From an uncultured virus (IMG/VR IMGVR_UViG_3300025450_000023) (Duplodnaviria > Heunggongvirae > Uroviricota > Caudoviricetes), in the IMG/VR virus record IMGVR_UViG_3300025450_000023: a stretch of DNA of 20,000 bases, one strand, 5' to 3'. The notes below the pieces were generated by a model, which was given only the letters and a program-made list of their open reading frames with translations, searched no databases and was not told the origin of the DNA. Every line of letters begins with the position of its first letter. The first letter of the stretch is position 1. This document shows positions 16,623 to 20,000 of the stretch, piece after piece. A program made the position numbers and the translations under genes.

Positions 16623-17558
16623 TTAGTTATTAGGACTCTTAGCTACTAAGTACGTGTTTGCGCCGGAAACTGCAACTGCACCGGTAACTGTACCGGCTTG
16701 ATTTGTGACACCAATTAACCTTACAAGTACATTAGTGTCTTCGTAGTCACCGTATACTAATGTATTGGATTGAGCGTTCTCTCTATAATCAAATACTTCT
16801 GCTGAAGGTTTATCAACAAATTGCGTATATTCTTTTGTTTCCAGTACTTTTGGTAAACTGTTAACTGGACCTTCATATTTGTTGTCATATACTTGATCCA
16901 TTTTCTTTTCACGTGGAGCACTAAGTTCGTAATTCCATTCATAACGTTTCGCTTTTATAGTCCATATATAATGGCCCATAATTTGGTTAGATTCTTCACC
17001 ACCGGATTCATCAAGACGTTCTGTTATTTCAAATACTTTACCTGATCTACCATTAGGGCGGGTAGAACCGTATTCTGCTAACTCTATGAGATCTCCTGCT
17101 TTAGGTTCGTAGTTATATGCAGAAAGCGCACCGCTAACTGCGGTAACCGTTGTTGTGAAAGTGTTTATACCAATCCAAGCCGTTAAATCTGCTTCACCCT
17201 GTAAACCGAATTTGCTTAATATAACATTATCATTACTTAACTGGATTGCCATTACCATTGGAATAGGTGGGGCATATCTTAATAATGTATGCTCTCCATA
17301 TAGATAATCATGAGCGGATAAATTATAACCATTTATATAATAGTTAATTTGCTGCCCATATTGACTTATTTGTTCTTGCCACCAACTATTGAATAAAGAT
17401 ATCTGCGCGCTGTTATCAGCAACATTAAGAAATCTAACACCGCTTGTTCCGTACGTACAATTGTATCCACCACTTAATTGATCCCCAACACCATCAACAC
17501 CTGGTGGTGTATATGTACCAGTATCAATACAATATTTAGATAGAAAAGACGCACACAT
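16623..17558 (-). CDS. gp14: Neck/head-closure protein (T4 gp14-like), 311 aa
   Basis: EQI..YG..I.YY, D.LYGE, LSKFGL...DLT..I, PKAGDLI, FEIT and Y.W.I.AKRYEW.YE follow the gp14 pattern. Located near the terminase. Confidence 0.75.
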   Translation of the reverse strand: MCASFLSKYCIDTGTYTPPGVDGVGDQLSGGYNCTYGTSGVRFLNVADNSAQISLFNSWWQEQISQYGQQINYYINGYNLSAHDYLYGEHTLLRYAPPIPMVMAIQLSNDNVILSKFGLQGEADLTAWIGINTFTTTVTAVSGALSAYNYEPKAGDLIELAEYGSTRPNGRSGKVFEITERLDESGGEESNQIMGHYIWTIKAKRYEWNYELSAPREKKMDQVYDNKYEGPVNSLPKVLETKEYTQFVDKPSAEVFDYRENAQSNTLVYGDYEDTNVLVRLIGVTNQAGTVTGAVAVSGANTYLVAKSPNN

Positions 17559-17564
17559 TAAAAT

Positions 17565-17607
17565 TATTTACTATAATCTATAGATTTACAGCCAGATATA
17601 CTAAATA
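17565..17607. promoter_or_regulatory. Divergent late-promoter-like TAAATA pair
   Basis: TAAATA on - at 17565-17570 (6 nt before gp14 ATG) and on + at 17602-17607 (9 nt before ATG 17617). Confidence 0.65.
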
Positions 17608-17616
17608 ATATTGTAA

Positions 17617-18660
17617 ATGAAGATTAAAAACCTATCCGACCTCGGCGAACTTTATGGAAATATTGCCGCTGCTAATATTTCAGTTCCTGATGTAGTTAAT
17701 GAAAAAGCTACTCAAGCTGTAGAACATACAGATACAAGTGTATATCTAACTGAGAACATGGTTAAGGCCGGAAGTGCACTCGGGGGCGGTCCTGGTGTTA
17801 AAAAGGTTGATGGTGCAGAAGTTACACCACCATTACCAAAAAGCGGTCCTGCTGGATTAAATCCAAAAAAGAGCGGCTTTAAGCCCGTAGATAAAATGGA
17901 AGATCCAGGCGCTGATGCTAAGAAAATGAAAGATGAAGAGGAAGGTAAAGAAGAGCATGAAGCAAAAGAAGGAGAAGCAGATACAGAAGCAGAGAAAAAT
18001 ACTACTGCTAAAGAAAAAGTTAAAGAAACTGTAGCTGAAAACAATAAATATATCTACAAACCAAAGTTTACTATGTCAAAATCAAAATTCGATCAACTAT
18101 ATGAGAACGCAATCAAAGGTGTTCCATTCAACGAAAACGAAGAAGCAATGATGCACGATGAAGAAGAAGCTGGTGTAATGCCTGCTACTGACGCAGCTGC
18201 AGATGGTGCTGAAATGGGCGGCGATGAAATGCAGCACGAAGAACTTCCTACACATGAGGAAGCTATTGAAATGCTTGAAAAGGTTCTTTCATTTTTAAAG
18301 AAAGATAAAGAAGTAGATGCTGAACACGGTGATTTACCTGATGAAGATCAAGAAATTGCTGGCCATACCGAAGATGAAGGAATGGTAGCTGAAGAAGTTG
18401 AAGCAGAAGACGAAGGTCATGTTTTAACTAAAGCTAATGGTTCCTTAAAGAAGGGTAATCCTGATTCAGTTAGCAAGCCAGTTGTAGCAAGTACAAAAGG
18501 TACAAACAAAGCTACAGGTGGTAAAGCTGAAGATGGTAAGATCCGTAATGAGCCAGAACCAAAAGAAGAGCACGGCGATATCAAGAAACTTCAAAACACA
18601 AAGAAGTTTACAGCAGGTGCTACTAAAGAGCCAAAGGTTGGCGACGATCTCTTTGCTTAA
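17617..18660 (+). CDS. Acidic, largely disordered late protein (prohead core/scaffold-like or internal head protein), 347 aa
   Basis: CTAAATA promoter-like motif upstream and terminator downstream. Very E/D/K-rich, no Trp or Cys, many (L/V/F)xE sites. Confidence 0.65.
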   Translation: MKIKNLSDLGELYGNIAAANISVPDVVNEKATQAVEHTDTSVYLTENMVKAGSALGGGPGVKKVDGAEVTPPLPKSGPAGLNPKKSGFKPVDKMEDPGADAKKMKDEEEGKEEHEAKEGEADTEAEKNTTAKEKVKETVAENNKYIYKPKFTMSKSKFDQLYENAIKGVPFNENEEAMMHDEEEAGVMPATDAAADGAEMGGDEMQHEELPTHEEAIEMLEKVLSFLKKDKEVDAEHGDLPDEDQEIAGHTEDEGMVAEEVEAEDEGHVLTKANGSLKKGNPDSVSKPVVASTKGTNKATGGKAEDGKIRNEPEPKEEHGDIKKLQNTKKFTAGATKEPKVGDDLFA

Positions 18661-18683
18661 GACTTAGACATAGTACAGTTTAC

Positions 18684-18712
18684 AAAGCCGTTAGCAATAA
18701 CGGCTTTTTTTT
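18684..18712 (+). terminator. Intrinsic terminator, possibly also weakly active on the - strand
   Basis: AAAGCCGTTA-GCAA-TAACGGCTTTTTTTT: perfect stem, GNRA tetraloop, T8 tract, between convergent stops at 18660 and 18718. Confidence 0.92.
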
Positions 18713-18717
18713 ATGTA

Positions 18718-20000
18718 CTAAAACATTCCACCGTTTAAACGACCAGAAGCTGAATTGAAGTTCAGCGGCTTCCATCCCTGTGCGTATAACTCATCAACGT
18801 CAGAGTTATTGTCTTTACCGGCAAATATAGTTGGGTTACGTACTGTTGCATCTGGACTTTTACCTTTTTCGTACCTATTATATAAATCTTTTTGGCTTGG
18901 TAGTTCAATATCACCCACACTAAACGGGTCCCAATCTAACGGAGCTATTTTTAGTGGTTTACCATTACCATCTCTTTCCATTACTTCATAAAACTGTTCT
19001 ACTACTTTAGTATCTAAAGCAAATAATGCCCATATTAAGGACTCTACTCTATCGTCTAAATAACGATCTGATTGTTTTTTCCACACACCATTGGCTTGTT
19101 TAACATATGTTTTAAACTCATTAATGGTTTCTTTGTCGTACAACTTAAGACACTTTAAAGTAGACATCCAATAACGTAAGTTTGCCATTGCATTGAACTT
19201 ACTATTAGTGTGCGAGTATACGCCCATTCTATTATCTCTATCCGCCTTTTCAGTAAACGTACCCATACTCGGTGTGTACTTTATTAAGCTTTCATAATTG
19301 TGAGTATGTATTAATGCATCTATAACCTGAGCACCGCAATTATTGCGTTCTACTAACAAAGGTGGCCTTCCCCATTCGTGGGCTATTTCCACTAATTTCC
19401 CAGCAAAATTAAAAGGGTCAAGCTTGTTATTTGCGTACGTAGCGACCTGTTCTATATTGGTTAAATCCGTAATATCCAGTACTTGAATAGCAGAGTTAGC
19501 TCTACCAATACCATCTCCAACGTCAACCCCAATTGTATAGAAATGTCTTGGTTTTCTTTCTACATAAATCTTATAGCATTCATCATCGCTTGTTAATATG
19601 GGTTCTGGAGCTGTTTTTTCGAACTCTAACATTAAGTCACTATCTAAAGCGTTTTCACCAGCTGCTCTAAATTCATTACCATATTCTTGATTAAATGCTT
19701 CTACAGAACCAAGAGCCTTAGCTGTCATATCTCTCCACTTTTCATCTCTACCAGGCACCTCCCACCAGTCCACTCTTTCATTGTGCCAACCATTACTGTT
19801 GTCTAAAGATTCTGTATATATATTATAAAATAAGTTGCCCACACCATTAGGTGTTGATAACATAAAAATTTTGGACTTCTTCGAAGACGAAACTACAGGG
19901 AATACTGATTCCCAAAAGTCGTTCATAAACTCAGGCGGAATAAATGCAGCTTCGTCAATGAGTAGACAGTTAATAGATTCACCTCTGGCAGCATCAGATG
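18718..20000 (-). CDS. terL: Terminase large subunit (T4 gp17-like), C-terminal part; true start lies beyond the window
   Basis: The frame stays open past Met 19926: SDAARGESINCLLIDEAAFIPPEFMNDFW (Walker B LLIDE). Also coupling motif STPNG, FNQEY, and RNase-H-like nuclease motifs GVDVG, VERNN, LDDRV. Confidence 0.97.
   Translation of the reverse strand, partial: SDAARGESINCLLIDEAAFIPPEFMNDFWESVFPVVSSSKKSKIFMLSTPNGVGNLFYNIYTESLDNSNGWHNERVDWWEVPGRDEKWRDMTAKALGSVEAFNQEYGNEFRAAGENALDSDLMLEFEKTAPEPILTSDDECYKIYVERKPRHFYTIGVDVGDGIGRANSAIQVLDITDLTNIEQVATYANNKLDPFNFAGKLVEIAHEWGRPPLLVERNNCGAQVIDALIHTHNYESLIKYTPSMGTFTEKADRDNRMGVYSHTNSKFNAMANLRYWMSTLKCLKLYDKETINEFKTYVKQANGVWKKQSDRYLDDRVESLIWALFALDTKVVEQFYEVMERDGNGKPLKIAPLDWDPFSVGDIELPSQKDLYNRYEKGKSPDATVRNPTIFAGKDNNSDVDELYAQGWKPLNFNSASGRLNGGMF

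Noticed and set aside
15932..18991. Short overlapping ORFs including the Cys/Arg-rich 15932-16129
   Set aside because: The Cys/Arg pattern is the antisense reading of the Pro-Thr repeat; the others are shadows of real genes.
19924..19926. Met 19926 as terminase start
   Set aside because: The frame is open to the window edge and the Walker B motif lies upstream of this Met.
1..20000. Stop-codon reassignment, introns/inteins, tRNAs
   Set aside because: Genes are intact in code 11, with TAA, TGA (6309) and TAG (18718) all ending genes at sensible positions. No interruptions are visible in sheath or the TerL part shown. Intergenic gaps are short and AT-rich with no cloverleaf seen.

Overview
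AT-rich virion-morphogenesis region of a large T4-like (contractile-tailed) bacteriophage using the standard genetic code. Reading the - strand from the right end: terminase large subunit (C-terminal part), an acidic + strand protein, a gp14-like neck protein, three fibre-like proteins built on Gly-X-Ser repeats (353, 706, 1754 aa), a two-gene + strand unit, a small hypothetical, a Pol-beta-type nucleotidyltransferase, an Ala/Gly/Pro-rich protein, a gp3-like tail completion protein, tail sheath and the start of tail tube. Nearly every gene start not tightly coupled to an upstream stop has a TAA(A/G)TA late-promoter-like motif 6-23 nt upstream (38 nt in one case) and no Shine-Dalgarno. Two systems stand out. 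(1) Three different nucleotidyl-transfer folds lie within 3.7 kb: an Rnl2-like ligase fused to a HIGH-type transferase, and a Pol-beta NTase. They sit among late genes, several with N-termini resembling capsid-targeting/protease-cleaved propeptides, suggesting a virion-packaged, injected enzyme kit. (2) A family of almost Pro-free, aromatic-rich Gly-X-Ser collagen-like fibres shows recent tandem expansion and a shared paralogous domain. All family assignments come from motif recognition by eye; no searches were run.
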